Numbered from the stretch's first letter, positions 19,554-29,949 are shown. The stretch is 64,000 nucleotides of DNA from an uncultured Alphaproteobacteria bacterium (GCA_963728585.1 CAVSLB010000006.1:565304-629303); one strand, 5' to 3'. Notes: generated from the letters alone by a model not told the origin. Numbers and translations: made by a program.

Positions 19554-19630
19554 CCGCGCATCTGCGCGCATCAGCAGGCTTTCGGCGCTTGGTCGCGGCC
19601 AGCTCGCGCTGAACGCTAAAGCCGCTTAGC
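19552..19630 (+). pseudogene. diverged duplicate of the cheR 3' end (last ~20 codons plus ~20 nt)
   Basis: ccccgcgcatctgcgcgc...ttcggcgctt.gtcgcggccagctcgcg.t.a..ctaaagccgctt aligns with 18361-18440 at roughly 80% identity by eye. Confidence 0.65.
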
Positions 19631-19883
19631 CGACGTCGCGCGCATCCTCGTCCGATGCTCCTTCGAGCGTGAAGCCAACTTTCAAGGTCACCTGAAAGTG
19701 CGCGACCTGACCATCGACGATATGCCCGCTGGTCCTGACGATTTCAAACCATCGCAGATGCCGCAGCGTCTTATGGGCGCGCATGATGGCGAGCCTGATG
19801 GCGTCTTCGATGCTGATGCCGGAGGTTCCGACCAGCTCGATCACGCGATAGGCATGGTTGGATTGCGCCGCCTCGCTCAGCAT
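19626..19883 (-). CDS. dodecin family protein
   Basis: ...[66 protein letters not shown] matches the dodecin pattern. An upstream in-frame ATG at 19961 is possible but would add an atypical extension. Confidence 0.8.
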   Translation of the reverse strand: MLSEAAQSNHAYRVIELVGTSGISIEDAIRLAIMRAHKTLRHLRWFEIVRTSGHIVDGQVAHFQVTLKVGFTLEGASDEDARDVG

Positions 19884-20218
19884 GGAGACTTGCGCCGCGA
19901 AATCTGCGGCGCCGTCGCGGCCCGTTATTCCTGCAATTCCGCCTCCAGGATTTTCTTTCACGATCGCCTCGCATGTAATGAAAGATGAAAGCTTCTGATC
20001 AACCCGCGAATATCCCCAAGGGTTCCTGCGAGCAAAGCATCATCCAGGTGGTGACGATGCAGGAGCCACCGGCCGACCTTCTGCTCGCCATCACACCTGG
20101 AATTTCCGCTTTTGATCCTTGTTGGACATATTCCAGGGCCCAGCGTTTTCCAGGGCCCAGCGTTGAACGCAACGCGGTTCCGCTTGGAACCAACGCGAAA
20201 CCGATGCGGTTTAAGGGC

Positions 20219-20942
20219 ATGAACGCTTTATCAAATTGGCCCGCGCAATCGGCTTTTGCTCGCCCTGCCATCCCGCAATCTCAGGCGGCTTATGCCGGAA
20301 CTTGAACAGATTCCTGCGAACGCGAGCAGGTCCTGATCGACGCCGACAGTTCGCTCGACCATGTCTTCTTTCCCGATAGCGGCGTCGTCTCGGTGGTCGC
20401 GGTCTATGCGGACGGCAGCATCATTGAGATGGCAACGGTCGGCAGGGAGGGTTGCACGGGTATGCAAGCCTTCTTCGGCGCCAAGATTTCCTCTGTCCGG
20501 CTTCTCGTCCAAATCCCGGGGAGCGCAGCCAAGATGTCGCGCGTGGCGTTCACACGGGCGATGGAGTCGATGCCGGCCTTCCGAAATCTCATGTCCGCTT
20601 ACATCCAGGCCTTTCTCGAGCAGGTCATGGTGTCGGTAGCGTGCAACGGTGCGCACAGCCTCAAGCAGCGGCTGGCGCGTTGGCTGCTCATGATGCGTGA
20701 TCGCGGTGACGAGGATGCACTGCCGATCTCTCAGGACCTGCTGGCCGAAATGCTGGGTGTCCAGAGGCCGACCATCACGAATGCCGCCCGGGAGCTGGAA
20801 CGGTGCCGGTTTGATTGAGCGCGGCCGACGGCAAGTCACGATACTGGATCGGCGGGGTCTGACGAAGGCATCTTGTGAATGTTATCAGTTGGTCCGGACG
20901 CGCGTCGCTTTTCACCTTCCGAAAACATACCCAGAAAAATGA
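20219..20942 (+). pseudogene. Crp/Fnr-family regulator, decayed duplicate of 21378-22094 (+1, -1, +1 indels)
   Basis: Nucleotide alignment with the intact copy shows an extra base at ~20245, a missing base at ~20320-20335 and an extra base at ~20805. The product is split over ORFs ending at 20305, 20393-20818 and 20697-20942. Confidence 0.85.
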
Positions 20943-21060
20943 ACTTCTCCGAACGGTAATGTAGATTACCGACAGCACGTCCCTAACGAGCGCACAGTCA
21001 GAACCGGCAGGCTGACGTGGGCGCTCCGGTAGCGTTCCCGCTTGTAGGTAGGGGGCCGCT

Positions 21061-21307
21061 ATGCCGATAGATTCGCTTCTCGCAAATACCAGCCTTTGAT
21101 CCGGACACGACCGCACTGTTGGCGTCGGCTTTCGACACCGCATGGGACACGATCAAGAAATCGGGCAGCCCTCTTGCCGCGAATGACCAGGCTGCGTCGA
21201 CACGTGAAGTGCTCGCTAAGCGCATCATTGAAATGGGGCAGCGGGGTGAGCGGGACCAGCAGCGGCTCGTCGATGATGCACTCGATCATTTGGCAGGCCC
21301 AAAATGA
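21061..21307 (+). pseudogene. small hypothetical protein (~81 aa), +1 frameshift in TTT at 21095-21097
   Basis: ATG at 21061 (MPIDSLLANTSL) hits a stop after 12 codons. The next frame continues DPDTTALLASAFDTAWDTIKKSGSPLAANDQ... (ORF 21119-21307). Confidence 0.5.
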
Positions 21308-21377
21308 CCCGCGGCCGAGGCGAAGCTGGTGGTGATCGTTATTTTTTTTCTGAGCCAGGTGCGCGCGGTTTAAGGGT

Positions 21378-22094
21378 ATGAACGCCGTATCAAATTGGCC
21401 CCGCAATCGGCTTTTGCTCGCCCTGCCATCCCGCAATCTCAAGCGGCTTATGCCGGAGCTTGAACACATTCGCTGCCAACGCGGGCAGGTCCTGATGGAC
21501 GCTGATAGTTCGCTCGACCATGTATTCTTCCCCGATAGCGGTGTCGTCTCGGTGGTGGCGGTTTATGCGGACGGCAGCATCATTGAGATGGCAACGATCG
21601 GCAGGGAGGGTTGCACCGGTGTGCAAGCCGTCTTCGGTGCCAAGAGTTCCTCCGTCCGGCTTCTCGTCCAAATCCCGGGGAGCGCAGCCAAGATGTCGCG
21701 CGCGGCGTTCACACGCGCCATGGGGTCGATGCCGTCCTTCCGAAATCTCATGTACGCTTACGTCCAGGCCTTTCTTGAGCAGGTCATGGTGTCGGTAGCG
21801 TGCAACGGTGCGCACAGCCTCAAGCAGCGGCTGGCGCGTTGGCTGCTCATGATGCGTGACCGCGGCGACGATGACGCACTGCCGATCACTCAGGACCTGC
21901 TCGCCGAAATGCTGGGTGTCCAGAGGCCAACCATCACGAATACTGCCCGGGAGCTGGAACGTGCCGGTTTGATCGCGCGCGGCCGACAGCAAGTCACGAT
22001 ACTGGATCGGCAGGGCCTCATGGAGGCATCCTGTGAATGTTATCAGTTGGTCCGAGAGCGCGTCGCTTTTCACCTTCCCAAAACATACGCGTAG
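21378..22094 (+). CDS. Crp/Fnr family transcriptional regulator
   Basis: 238 aa with a cNMP-binding-like N-terminal domain and C-terminal HTH (ITQDLLAEMLGVQRPTITNTARELERAGLI). Confidence 0.85.
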   Translation: MNAVSNWPRNRLLLALPSRNLKRLMPELEHIRCQRGQVLMDADSSLDHVFFPDSGVVSVVAVYADGSIIEMATIGREGCTGVQAVFGAKSSSVRLLVQIPGSAAKMSRAAFTRAMGSMPSFRNLMYAYVQAFLEQVMVSVACNGAHSLKQRLARWLLMMRDRGDDDALPITQDLLAEMLGVQRPTITNTARELERAGLIARGRQQVTILDRQGLMEASCECYQLVRERVAFHLPKTYA

Positions 22095-22210
22095 AAAAGG
22101 GCCTCTTACAGACCGATGCCCAGGCTGCTCAAAGTGTTCAATATTGACCGAACGTCGCGCGACGCCGGTTTCCGCCGTGGGCCGATAATCCAGCCGATAC
22201 CAGCCGCCCA

Positions 22211-22238
22211 AACAAAAGCCCCGCCTTGCGGCGGGGCT
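22211..22238 (-). terminator. ctrA rho-independent terminator
   Basis: The minus strand reads AGCCCCGCC-GCAA-GGCGGGGCT followed by TTTGTTT. Confidence 0.75.
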
Positions 22239-22281
22239 GAAGTCAGGAGGAGAGAGCCCTTGGGCTCCGGAACAACCGTCG

Positions 22282-22986
22282 TCAGGCAGCGGAAATCTTG
22301 GCTTCGTCGTCGCTCGGCTCGCGCAGCACATAGCCGCGGCCCCAGACCGTCTCGATGTAGTTCTTGCCGCTGGAGGCATTCGCCAGCTTCTTGCGCAGCT
22401 TGCAGATGAAGACGTCGATGATCTTCAGCTCCGGCTCGTCCATGCCGCCGTAGAGATGATTAAGGAACATCTCCTTGGTCAGCGTGGTGCCTTTGCGCAG
22501 CGAGAGCAGCTCGAGCATCTGGTATTCCTTGCCGGTCAGATGCACGCGGGCGCCGTTCACTTCCACCGTCTTGGTGTCCAGATTGACCACGAGGTCGCCG
22601 GTCTGGATGACCGATTGGGCGTGGCCCTTGGAGCGGCGCACGATGGCGTGGATGCGCGCGACCAGCTCGTCTTTGTGGAATGGCTTGGTCATGTAGTCGT
22701 CGGCGCCGAATCCGAGACCCCTGACCTTGTCCTCGATGCCGGCGAGCCCGGAGAGGATCAGGATAGGTGTTTTGACTTTGGAGACGCGCAATGACCGCAA
22801 CACCTCGAAGCCCGACATGTCCGGCAGATTCAGGTCCAGCAGGATGATGTCGTAATCGTAGAGTTTTCCGAGATCGACGCCTTCTTCGCCCAGATCGGTC
22901 GTATAGACGTTGAAACTCTCGGATTTCAGCATCAGCTCGATTGACTGAGCGGTGGCGCTGTCGTCCTCAATCAGCAATACGCGCAT
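22282..22986 (-). CDS. ctrA: cell-cycle response regulator CtrA (OmpR family)
   Basis: [67 protein letters not shown]... is near-canonical CtrA, with a winged-helix C-terminus. Confidence 0.95.
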   Translation of the reverse strand: MRVLLIEDDSATAQSIELMLKSESFNVYTTDLGEEGVDLGKLYDYDIILLDLNLPDMSGFEVLRSLRVSKVKTPILILSGLAGIEDKVRGLGFGADDYMTKPFHKDELVARIHAIVRRSKGHAQSVIQTGDLVVNLDTKTVEVNGARVHLTGKEYQMLELLSLRKGTTLTKEMFLNHLYGGMDEPELKIIDVFICKLRKKLANASSGKNYIETVWGRGYVLREPSDDEAKISAA

Positions 22987-23084
22987 GCCAATCCCCTTCC
23001 TCGCCGTTCTGGCTCAGGTCGGCACGCCGCAGCGGCGGCCCTTGAAACGCCTTGAAACAAACTGATTCGTAACACTAACGAAAC

Positions 23085-23092
23085 ATGGTTAA
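23085..23092 (-). promoter_or_regulatory. CtrA half-site 8-mer TTAACCAT ~100 nt upstream of ctrA (candidate autoregulation site)
   Basis: The plus strand ATGGTTAA at 23085-23092 is TTAACCAT in the ctrA orientation. Confidence 0.35.
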
Positions 23093-23726
23093 CAAAACCT
23101 GATTCTCCAACGCAAGCATCCTCTCGGAGAAACCCCCAGTTTCGCCGTAAGGTGTTGTGCAGGAGAGGCTTTTTTCCCATGTCGTCGTTCGTGTGTCGCT
23201 TTAGGAGAAAGCTCCAAGCGACTCTGAAGATTTGCCCCTTGTTAGGAAATGGGGCGAGTTTGCCTCAAGTCCAAAAGAACGGCGACGCAATGATTAACGA
23301 CGCGGGTAAACAGCGCGTTAATAGGGTCAATCCAGCATTTTCCTTTTGGAAAGGTTTGACTTGACTTCGGGGTGCCGTCTTCGCAGCGGGCGCAATGACC
23401 TCGGCAAGTCGTGGGCTCCGCCGGGACGGATACTCGATTAACGGCGGCGCCATCGCCGGCGCCTTTAATGGGCGGTGGACGCTGAGGATCCCAAGAAGAC
23501 ATCCGCGCCCGCGCCAATCGCCACCGCTTGGCCACGACGTCAATGGAAAGGATCAGGGAGGGGACCCCGATTTGGCGAGCATTATCAGCCTCTGGAGCAA
23601 CTCCTCGGGGCTTTAGAAACACAAAACTAACGTTATTGGGCCACAATGGCTCCGGTTAAGAGCGCTTCGGTGGCTGGGCTTGTGCGGCCCGTCCGCTGCG
23701 ATCGCGACTTCAGGGAGTAAGAGTTG

Positions 23727-24149
23727 ATGAAGTCCCGTGATACGCTTATCCGGCTGAAGAAATTTCAGGTCGACGAGAAGCGCCGCAAAGTCGCGCAGAT
23801 CGAAAGCATGATCGCGGATTTCGACCGGATGGCTTTCGACCTTGAACGCGAGATCCGGGTCGAGCAGGAGCGGGCCGGTATTCATGATCCCACGCATTTC
23901 GCCTATCCCACTTATGCCAAGGCGGCGATCCAGCGGCGCGAAAATATCAAGCGCTCAGGGGACGAATTAAAGGTCCAACTCGATGCCGCAAAGAACGCGC
24001 TGGCGGACGCCTTCGAAGAGCTAAAGAAGGTGGAGCTGCTCGACGAGCGCGACCAGATGCGCGAACGTGCCGCCGAGGAGGCGCAGGAGCGCGCCGATCT
24101 CGACAGCATCGGATTGATGCGCAGCCGGACCTCCGCCCCGCTGGCCTGA
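23727..24149 (+). CDS. fliJ: flagellar export protein FliJ
   Basis: MKSRDTLIRLKKFQVDEKRRKVAQIESMIADF...FAYPTYAKAAIQRRENIKRS...ELKKVELLDERD. Alphaproteobacterial FliJ pattern, in a ctrA-adjacent position. Confidence 0.8.
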   Translation: MKSRDTLIRLKKFQVDEKRRKVAQIESMIADFDRMAFDLEREIRVEQERAGIHDPTHFAYPTYAKAAIQRRENIKRSGDELKVQLDAAKNALADAFEELKKVELLDERDQMRERAAEEAQERADLDSIGLMRSRTSAPLA

Positions 24150-24231
24150 TTTTTCCTTGTCGGTCTTGCTGCTGAAAAAATTCGCGCGCCACTCGGGCGC
24201 GCGAAGTGCGGTCAACTTTTGATCGCCAAAA

Positions 24232-24453
24232 TCAACGCACCGTCGAAATTTCTCGCTCGCCAACCACTACGGTCTGGCCGGCCCGGATGACCGGCACCAG
24301 ATCTTGATTGCGCGCGCTGGCGACGCCGGAGGTGGTCGCGGTATCGCGGGCAGCAATGCCCACACCGGCGACCACAGTAGCGCCGATAAGTGCCACCACC
24401 ACGATCTTGAGATGGGTGAGGCGGTCGGCGCCGTAAATGGAATGGTTCATCAT
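24232..24453 (-). CDS. small membrane-anchored hypothetical protein
   Basis: MMNHSIYGADRLTHLKIVVVALIGATVVAGVGIAA... has a single TM segment. Confidence 0.5.
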   Translation of the reverse strand: MMNHSIYGADRLTHLKIVVVALIGATVVAGVGIAARDTATTSGVASARNQDLVPVIRAGQTVVVGEREISTVR

Positions 24454-24714
24454 GTCCTCCCGGGATTCCGGGTAACGTTCCACGCCTCTGCTCTTTCGGA
24501 GCAGGCACAGGTCCCGATATCACTGCGATTGACGGGCGGATAACGTGGTGGCCCCGCGGAAGTTCCCGCTCACGGATACGTGATTGGACGATCCCGGGGC
24601 TGGTACGGGTTGGGCACGCCCCCACCCAGGGCCGCGGGGGGTCAATCAGGCGAGGCTGCGCAGGGCGCGCATAAGTCTGACGCGGGAAGATCGGGCAGAA
24701 GGAAAGGCGGAGGC

Positions 24715-24990
24715 TTACGGGCGATACTGCTGGATGCGCGTGGTGCGCAGGCCGGCCAGGCCGTGCTGGTCGATCGAGTATTGCCAGGAAAGAAATTCTT
24801 CGACCGTCAGGGTGTAGCGGCCGCAGGCCTCTTCGAGGGAGAGCAATCCACCGCGCACGGCGGCGACCACCTCCGCCTTGCGGCGGATGACCCAGCGTTT
24901 CGTCCCCGGTGCGGGAAGATCCGCGATCGTCAGGGGACTGCCATCGGGCCCGATGACGTACTTCACCCTCGGGCGATGGGTTTCTGTCAT
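24715..24990 (-). CDS. sciP: DUF1153 domain protein (SciP-like CtrA-associated regulator)
   Basis: ...YVIGPDGSPLTIADLPAPGTKRWVIRRKAEVVAAVRGGLLSLEEACGRYTLTVEEFLSWQ...GLAGLRTTRIQQYR is the DUF1153 pattern. The SciP assignment rests on family membership plus synteny. Confidence 0.7.
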   Translation of the reverse strand: MTETHRPRVKYVIGPDGSPLTIADLPAPGTKRWVIRRKAEVVAAVRGGLLSLEEACGRYTLTVEEFLSWQYSIDQHGLAGLRTTRIQQYRP

Positions 24991-25042
24991 TTGGTACACT
25001 CACATACTCACGGCCACAGGCGCCAAATGTAGCTGTGGCGGC

Positions 25043-25057
25043 TTAAAAATTGCCTAA
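25043..25057 (-). promoter_or_regulatory. CtrA-box-like site (TTAG-N7-TTAA in gene orientation) ~60 nt upstream of the sciP-like gene
   Basis: The plus strand reads TTAAAAATTGCCTAA. One mismatch to TTAA-N7-TTAA. Confidence 0.3.
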
Positions 25058-25341
25058 GCCCTACGATTTAATTGCGAAAATATTCGCCATAAGCCCCGAG
25101 GCGCAGGATTTCCGTGCCGTTGCGGGACTCTGCTCTGTCTGTCGCGCGCTTGGGCGGGCGGAAGTTTACATTCGTGCATGAATAAGGCCGGTCGGTAGAC
25201 AGGCGCAGGCCAGGCATCAGATCGAAGTCGCCGTTTCGTCAGCCCCGCAGTCCCTCGAGAACTGCCGGGAAGGGCCAAACCGCCGGGGGTTTAGCCGGTT
25301 CGCGCATTGCGCCGGTGCCTTCGCTGCCTATAGTAAGAGTG

Positions 25342-26529
25342 ATGTTGAACAGCCTGGAAACCGAGGGACGGCCGCAAGACACGCGCGTGGTCGTCGCCAT
25401 GTCGGGAGGCGTCGATTCCTCGGTCGTGGCCGCCCTGTTGAAGGCGGAAGGCTACGACGTCGTCGGCGTCACCCTGCAGCTTTACGACCACGGCGCGGCC
25501 ACCCATCGCAAGGGCGCCTGCTGCGCCGGGCAGGACATCCATGATGCCCGGCAGGTGGCCGAGCGCATCGGGATCCCGCATTACGTGCTGGACTACGAGA
25601 GCCGCTTCAAACAGGCGGTGATCGACCGCTTTGCCGAAAGCTATGTGGCGGGCGAGACGCCGGTGCCTTGCGTGGAATGCAACCAGTCGATCAAGTTCCG
25701 CGACCTGCTCATCACCGCGCGCGAGCTGGGCGCGGGCGTGCTGGCGACCGGCCATTACGTCGCTTCGCGCGCCCTGCCGGGGGGCGGGCGGGGGCTCTAT
25801 CGCGCGCGCGATGTGGAACGCGACCAGAGCTATTTTCTGTTTGCCACGACGGGCGAGCAGCTCGATCTGCTGCGCTTTCCGCTGGGCGACCTCAGCAAGC
25901 CGCAGACACGCGAGCTGGCACGCCGTTTCGGGCTTTCGGTCGCCGAAAAGCACGACAGCCAGGATATCTGCTTCGTGCCGACCGGCCGCTACAGCGATGT
26001 GATTGAGCGTCTGAAGCCGGACGCCGCCGAGCCGGGCGAGATCACCGATCTGCAAGGCAATGTGCTCGGCACGCATGCCGGTATCATTCATTTCACCATC
26101 GGCCAGCGTCGTGGGCTCGGCGTTGCCACCGGCGCGCCGCTTTATGTGGTGCGGCTGGACGCCCGCACCCGCCGGGTGGTGGTCGGACCGCGGGCAGCTT
26201 TACGCACCGCGCGCATGCAATTGCGCGACGTGAATTGGCTGGGCGAGGGCAGCCTTGAGCAGGTGCTGGCGGATGAGCGGCTGGAGCTTTTCGTCAAGGT
26301 GCGCTCGACCCGGGCGCCGCGTCCGGCTTGGCTGCGGTCCTGTGCCGGGGGAGTCGAGGTCGAGCTGGTCGACGGCGAGGACGGCGTTTCGCCCGGCCAA
26401 GCCTGCGTTTTCTATGACGCCGCGGAGGGGCAGGCGCGTGTGCTTGGCGGCGGCTTCATCAAGAGCGCGAGTGCCGCGGGCGCTTCCATCTCCTTGGCGG
26501 AGCCGGCTCCGGCTGCAGCGCAGGGATGA
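25342..26529 (+). CDS. mnmA: tRNA 2-thiouridine(34) synthase MnmA
   Basis: [19 protein letters not shown] (PP-loop)...[10 protein letters not shown]...DQSYFL... Confidence 0.9.
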   Translation: MLNSLETEGRPQDTRVVVAMSGGVDSSVVAALLKAEGYDVVGVTLQLYDHGAATHRKGACCAGQDIHDARQVAERIGIPHYVLDYESRFKQAVIDRFAESYVAGETPVPCVECNQSIKFRDLLITARELGAGVLATGHYVASRALPGGGRGLYRARDVERDQSYFLFATTGEQLDLLRFPLGDLSKPQTRELARRFGLSVAEKHDSQDICFVPTGRYSDVIERLKPDAAEPGEITDLQGNVLGTHAGIIHFTIGQRRGLGVATGAPLYVVRLDARTRRVVVGPRAALRTARMQLRDVNWLGEGSLEQVLADERLELFVKVRSTRAPRPAWLRSCAGGVEVELVDGEDGVSPGQACVFYDAAEGQARVLGGGFIKSASAAGASISLAEPAPAAAQG

Positions 26530-26565
26530 CCCGCGTCGTTATTTGTAATTCATTGAGACCGAGCG

Positions 26566-27228
26566 ATGGGGGCTGAGCTCGACAGAGAGACGATTGCCAA
26601 AGCCTATGCGCGCTGGGCGCCGATCTACGATCGGGTCTTCGGAAAGGTGTTCGAGCGCGGGCGGCTGACGGCGATCGAAGCGGCCGAGCGGATCGGCGGA
26701 GACATTCTGGAAGTCGGCGTCGGCACCGGCATCTCACTTCCCGACTATTCGCGCAGCAACCGCATCGTCGGGATCGACATTTCCGAGCCGATGTTGCGCA
26801 AGGCCTTGCAGCGCGTGGCCGAGCACAAGCTCGATAATGTGCGGGCGCTGGCGGTAATGGACGCCGAGAAGCTCGCGCTGCCGGATGCTTCTTTCGACGT
26901 GGTGGTCGCGCAATATGTCATTACGGCCGTCCCCAATCCCGAAGCCACTTTGGATGAGTTCGCGCGCGTGCTGCGGCCCGGCGGCGAGATCATCCTGGTC
27001 AACCACATCGGCGCCGAGCAGGGGATGCGCCGCGCCTTCGAGCAGGGCTTCGCCCCGCTGGCGCGCCGGCTCGGCTGGCGCCCGGAATTTCGCTTTGGGC
27101 GGCTGGCGAGATGGGCCGAGCAGCACGGAGGCGTCAGCGTGGTGGAACACCGGCCGGTGCCGCCGCTCGGGCATTTTTCGCTGATCCGGTTCCGGCGAAA
27201 CGACGGCGGCAACGGCAAAGTAAGATAG
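26566..27228 (+). CDS. class I SAM-dependent methyltransferase (phospholipid N-methyltransferase-like)
   Basis: ILEVGVGTGISL (motif I)...LRPGGEIILVNH. Confidence 0.75.
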   Translation: MGAELDRETIAKAYARWAPIYDRVFGKVFERGRLTAIEAAERIGGDILEVGVGTGISLPDYSRSNRIVGIDISEPMLRKALQRVAEHKLDNVRALAVMDAEKLALPDASFDVVVAQYVITAVPNPEATLDEFARVLRPGGEIILVNHIGAEQGMRRAFEQGFAPLARRLGWRPEFRFGRLARWAEQHGGVSVVEHRPVPPLGHFSLIRFRRNDGGNGKVR

Positions 27229-27602
27229 CCGCCGCGCTCAGGATTTTTGCCGGCCGCCGATGTTCTTGCGCACGATGGCGACGATCAACAGCGCAAATGC
27301 CGCCAAGCGCGGGATGTAAAGCAGGCTGCGTTCCTCGCCCGTCACGTCAACTGCATATAAACGATCGTGAAAGCATTAATGAAGAGTGACGTCCACTGAA
27401 GAGACGACGCGCTGCCGCTTCCGTCGAACAGGAACGTCCTGCATTCTACGCGCTTTGCCTGTACGCTTCGCATCTGTCGTTAATCCTATTCCATCTACGA
27501 CGCGCGTTGCTTTGGTTTAACACCGCCAGCCGGGAAACCAACGGCACTGCTGCCGGTTTTGTCGAGGTAGCCCCTTATCCTCCCGACGGACTTGAGGCTG
27601 CA

Positions 27603-27643
27603 AAGGAGCCCCGAGTGGAGAGCCTTGGGGCTCCTTTTCTTTT
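27603..27643 (+). terminator. strong hairpin plus T-tract with no adjacent annotated gene
   Basis: AAGGAGCCCC-N14-GGGGCTCCTT followed by TTCTTTT. Confidence 0.4.
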
Positions 27644-27853
27644 GCAGGAGTTCAAGCTGGCGCGGCACAATTTGCCGGCGATGAGCCCGCACCGGGACGC
27701 TGCGTGTTGCCGCTCGCTTGACCTAAAAATATACGCCGCAATCTATTCAAATTGGTACGCCCGGTTGTACACGCCCCTTAGCAAATTCAACAGATTCGTC
27801 TTCCAGTTTGGTGTTCCGAGCCAGATAAGCGTTGCCGTATACAATAACTGAGG

Positions 27854-28321
27854 GTGAGTTTCATGTTCAGAGCATTTTCGGCATTGACGGCGGCAGCGGC
27901 TCTTGGGCTCGCCGCGGTGAGCATCAGCGCGACGAGCAGTGATGCTACGAGTGGTTCAAGACGTTTTCTCTGCCACGCTTATGGAGCCGGGGACACCGAT
28001 TTTTCTGCACAGTACGAGGAACGTATCGAAAAGAAAGGAACGCGCGCAAAGTTTCGTGCGGAGTTTGAGACCAGCACGACGGACGGCTTTATTGCCGGAC
28101 AGCCGGTGGTCTTTTCGGTCGATGCTGTCGTCGTCGGCACGCTGCCGTTAGGGTCCGTCGGCCCGGGAGATTTGGAAGCCGAGCTTCGCCTGGACACCAA
28201 CGCGCAGGGCCGCGGCCATAAAAAACCCTTCCCACCGACTTTCCCGGCGATCCAAGCGGGCTCGGTTCTGCAAGCCGCCGTCGGCAGCGTGGTGCTTGGC
28301 TGTCTGGTAACCATGGTTTAG
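27854..28321 (+). CDS. secreted hypothetical protein
   Basis: Signal MSFMFRAFSALTAAAALGLAAVSISA. No domain recognised. Confidence 0.5.
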   Translation: MSFMFRAFSALTAAAALGLAAVSISATSSDATSGSRRFLCHAYGAGDTDFSAQYEERIEKKGTRAKFRAEFETSTTDGFIAGQPVVFSVDAVVVGTLPLGSVGPGDLEAELRLDTNAQGRGHKKPFPPTFPAIQAGSVLQAAVGSVVLGCLVTMV

Positions 28322-28493
28322 CGCGCAAGTATGCGGTGGTAGGCGTCAACTCGCGCAAAGTGGCGGCAAATTAAAGTTGGAATTAATCTGTTCCGAGAAT
28401 TGAGATACTCGTGAATTAATATAGCGGCACTGCAGCAGCTCAAAAGGCGTGAAAGTGCCGCAAGCAAGCGAAGTGGTTCCCTTCTCCGACGCT

Positions 28494-28685
28494 ATGGCAC
28501 CGCAGTGCTCCCAGTGCCAAACGAAAATGGTCCTCGAAACCGTCGAGCCTCACCCCGTCTGCAGCGGCAAGGATATTCACACCTATCGTTGCAAAAAATG
28601 CGGGCTTGCTGACCAAATAGAGGTTTTGCAAGTACGCCCCGAAACGTCCCTCCCGACCGCCGGAACTCCAATGGAGCCTGAATGA
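28494..28685 (+). CDS. small zinc-ribbon protein
   Basis: MAPQCSQCQTKMVLETVEPHPVCSGKDIHTYRCKKCG has two CxxC pairs. The longer GTG start at 28449 is also possible. Confidence 0.5.
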   Translation: MAPQCSQCQTKMVLETVEPHPVCSGKDIHTYRCKKCGLADQIEVLQVRPETSLPTAGTPMEPE

Positions 28686-29267
28686 ACGGGCAGCCTCCCG
28701 ACCTCGTGGGCCTCCTTGCAATTCTGGCGCAAGCCGGCCGGGCAAAGACTCGAGGTTTCGGTTCGCGAACTGCGCGACGTCATCGGAAGGCGTTCCTTCG
28801 CGCCGCTGCTGCTGGCCGCAAGCATTGTCGGGTTTACGCCGCTCGGTGGCATTCCCGGCGTTCCAACCACGCTGGCGACCATCGTCGTCATCATCGCTGT
28901 GCAGATCGTCATGGGTTTCGAAAGCCTGTGGCTTCCCAGGTTCCTGCTCGACCGCAAGGTCGAGGGAAAGAAGCTGGTGCGCGGGGCTAAGTCGCTGCGT
29001 CCGGTGGCGCGGGCGATCGACAGGGCGATCCGCCCGCGGCTGACGTTTCTGACCCAGCGGCCCACGTCGTATGTCATTGCGGTCGTCTGTGTCATGATCG
29101 CCCTGGCGGTGCCGCCGCTCGAGCTGGTGCCTTTCGTCGACATTCCGCTTTGGGCGGCGCTGGTTGCGTTTAGCCTCGCGCTTGTCGCCCATGACGGCCT
29201 GCTCGCCATCGCCGCGTTCGTTCTAGCAATCACCGGCGCGATTTTGGTTGGCATTGCCGTGCTGTAG
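28682..29267 (+). pseudogene. exoD: exopolysaccharide synthesis protein ExoD family, +1 frameshift in GGG at 28740-28742
   Basis: ATG at 28682 gives MNGQPPDLVGLLAILAQAGR. The next frame continues ...QRLEVSVRELRDVIGRRSFAPLLLAASIVGFTPLGGIPGVPT..., a typical ExoD N-terminus and membrane domain. Confidence 0.7.
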
Positions 29268-29452
29268 GGATTTCTGTCCTGCCTCCCGCAAGGAAGGAAC
29301 CCGCGGTGACCGCGTGAATTTTGCAACTTTGTTTAAAATTCGTCTGGAATCCGGCAGAACGTGGGTAGCCAGAAGCGGTTTTGACGGCTATAGCGTCAGC
29401 TTCCCCCGATGCAAATACCCCTGCCAAGCTGCCCGTTCGTACATCGGAACAA

Positions 29453-29899
29453 ATGATAACACCAACGCAGTGCAAAGCGATTATAGCGGCGACGTTGCTG
29501 GCCTTGGCTCTGCCCGGCTGCGGGTCTCAACTGCAGTGGGCTTCGCCTTCGGCGATCGCAATAAATCCATCGCCTGCTTTTAAGCCGCCTCGAAATCGCG
29601 CTCCGGCATCGAACCAATCTCCACTCGACGCTGATGAAGCAAACATCACTGGCTCAGTCCGCAGGGATGAAGCCACGCCGGAAAAACGGGTTAACAAGCA
29701 GGCGAGCTGCGACCGCCGGCAGGCAGTCTCGGCCGGCATGACGCGAGCGCAGGTTTATGCGTCATGTTGGGGTAAGCCGACGAGCATCGACGTTTCGACA
29801 ACAGGACCGTACAAGTTCGAGCTGTTGGTCTATGAAGGCTATGATTATGTCTACCTGGAAGATGGTGTAGTGACATCCATTCAGGTCTCGAACCGGTAA
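29453..29899 (+). CDS. putative lipoprotein
   Basis: MITPTQCKAIIAATLLALALPGC (lipobox LPGC). Confidence 0.5.
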   Translation: MITPTQCKAIIAATLLALALPGCGSQLQWASPSAIAINPSPAFKPPRNRAPASNQSPLDADEANITGSVRRDEATPEKRVNKQASCDRRQAVSAGMTRAQVYASCWGKPTSIDVSTTGPYKFELLVYEGYDYVYLEDGVVTSIQVSNR

Positions 29900-29949
29900 C
29901 GGGTCGAACGGCGCGCTCGCGTCGGGCGTCCTTGTCGAGGAGATTAGCC

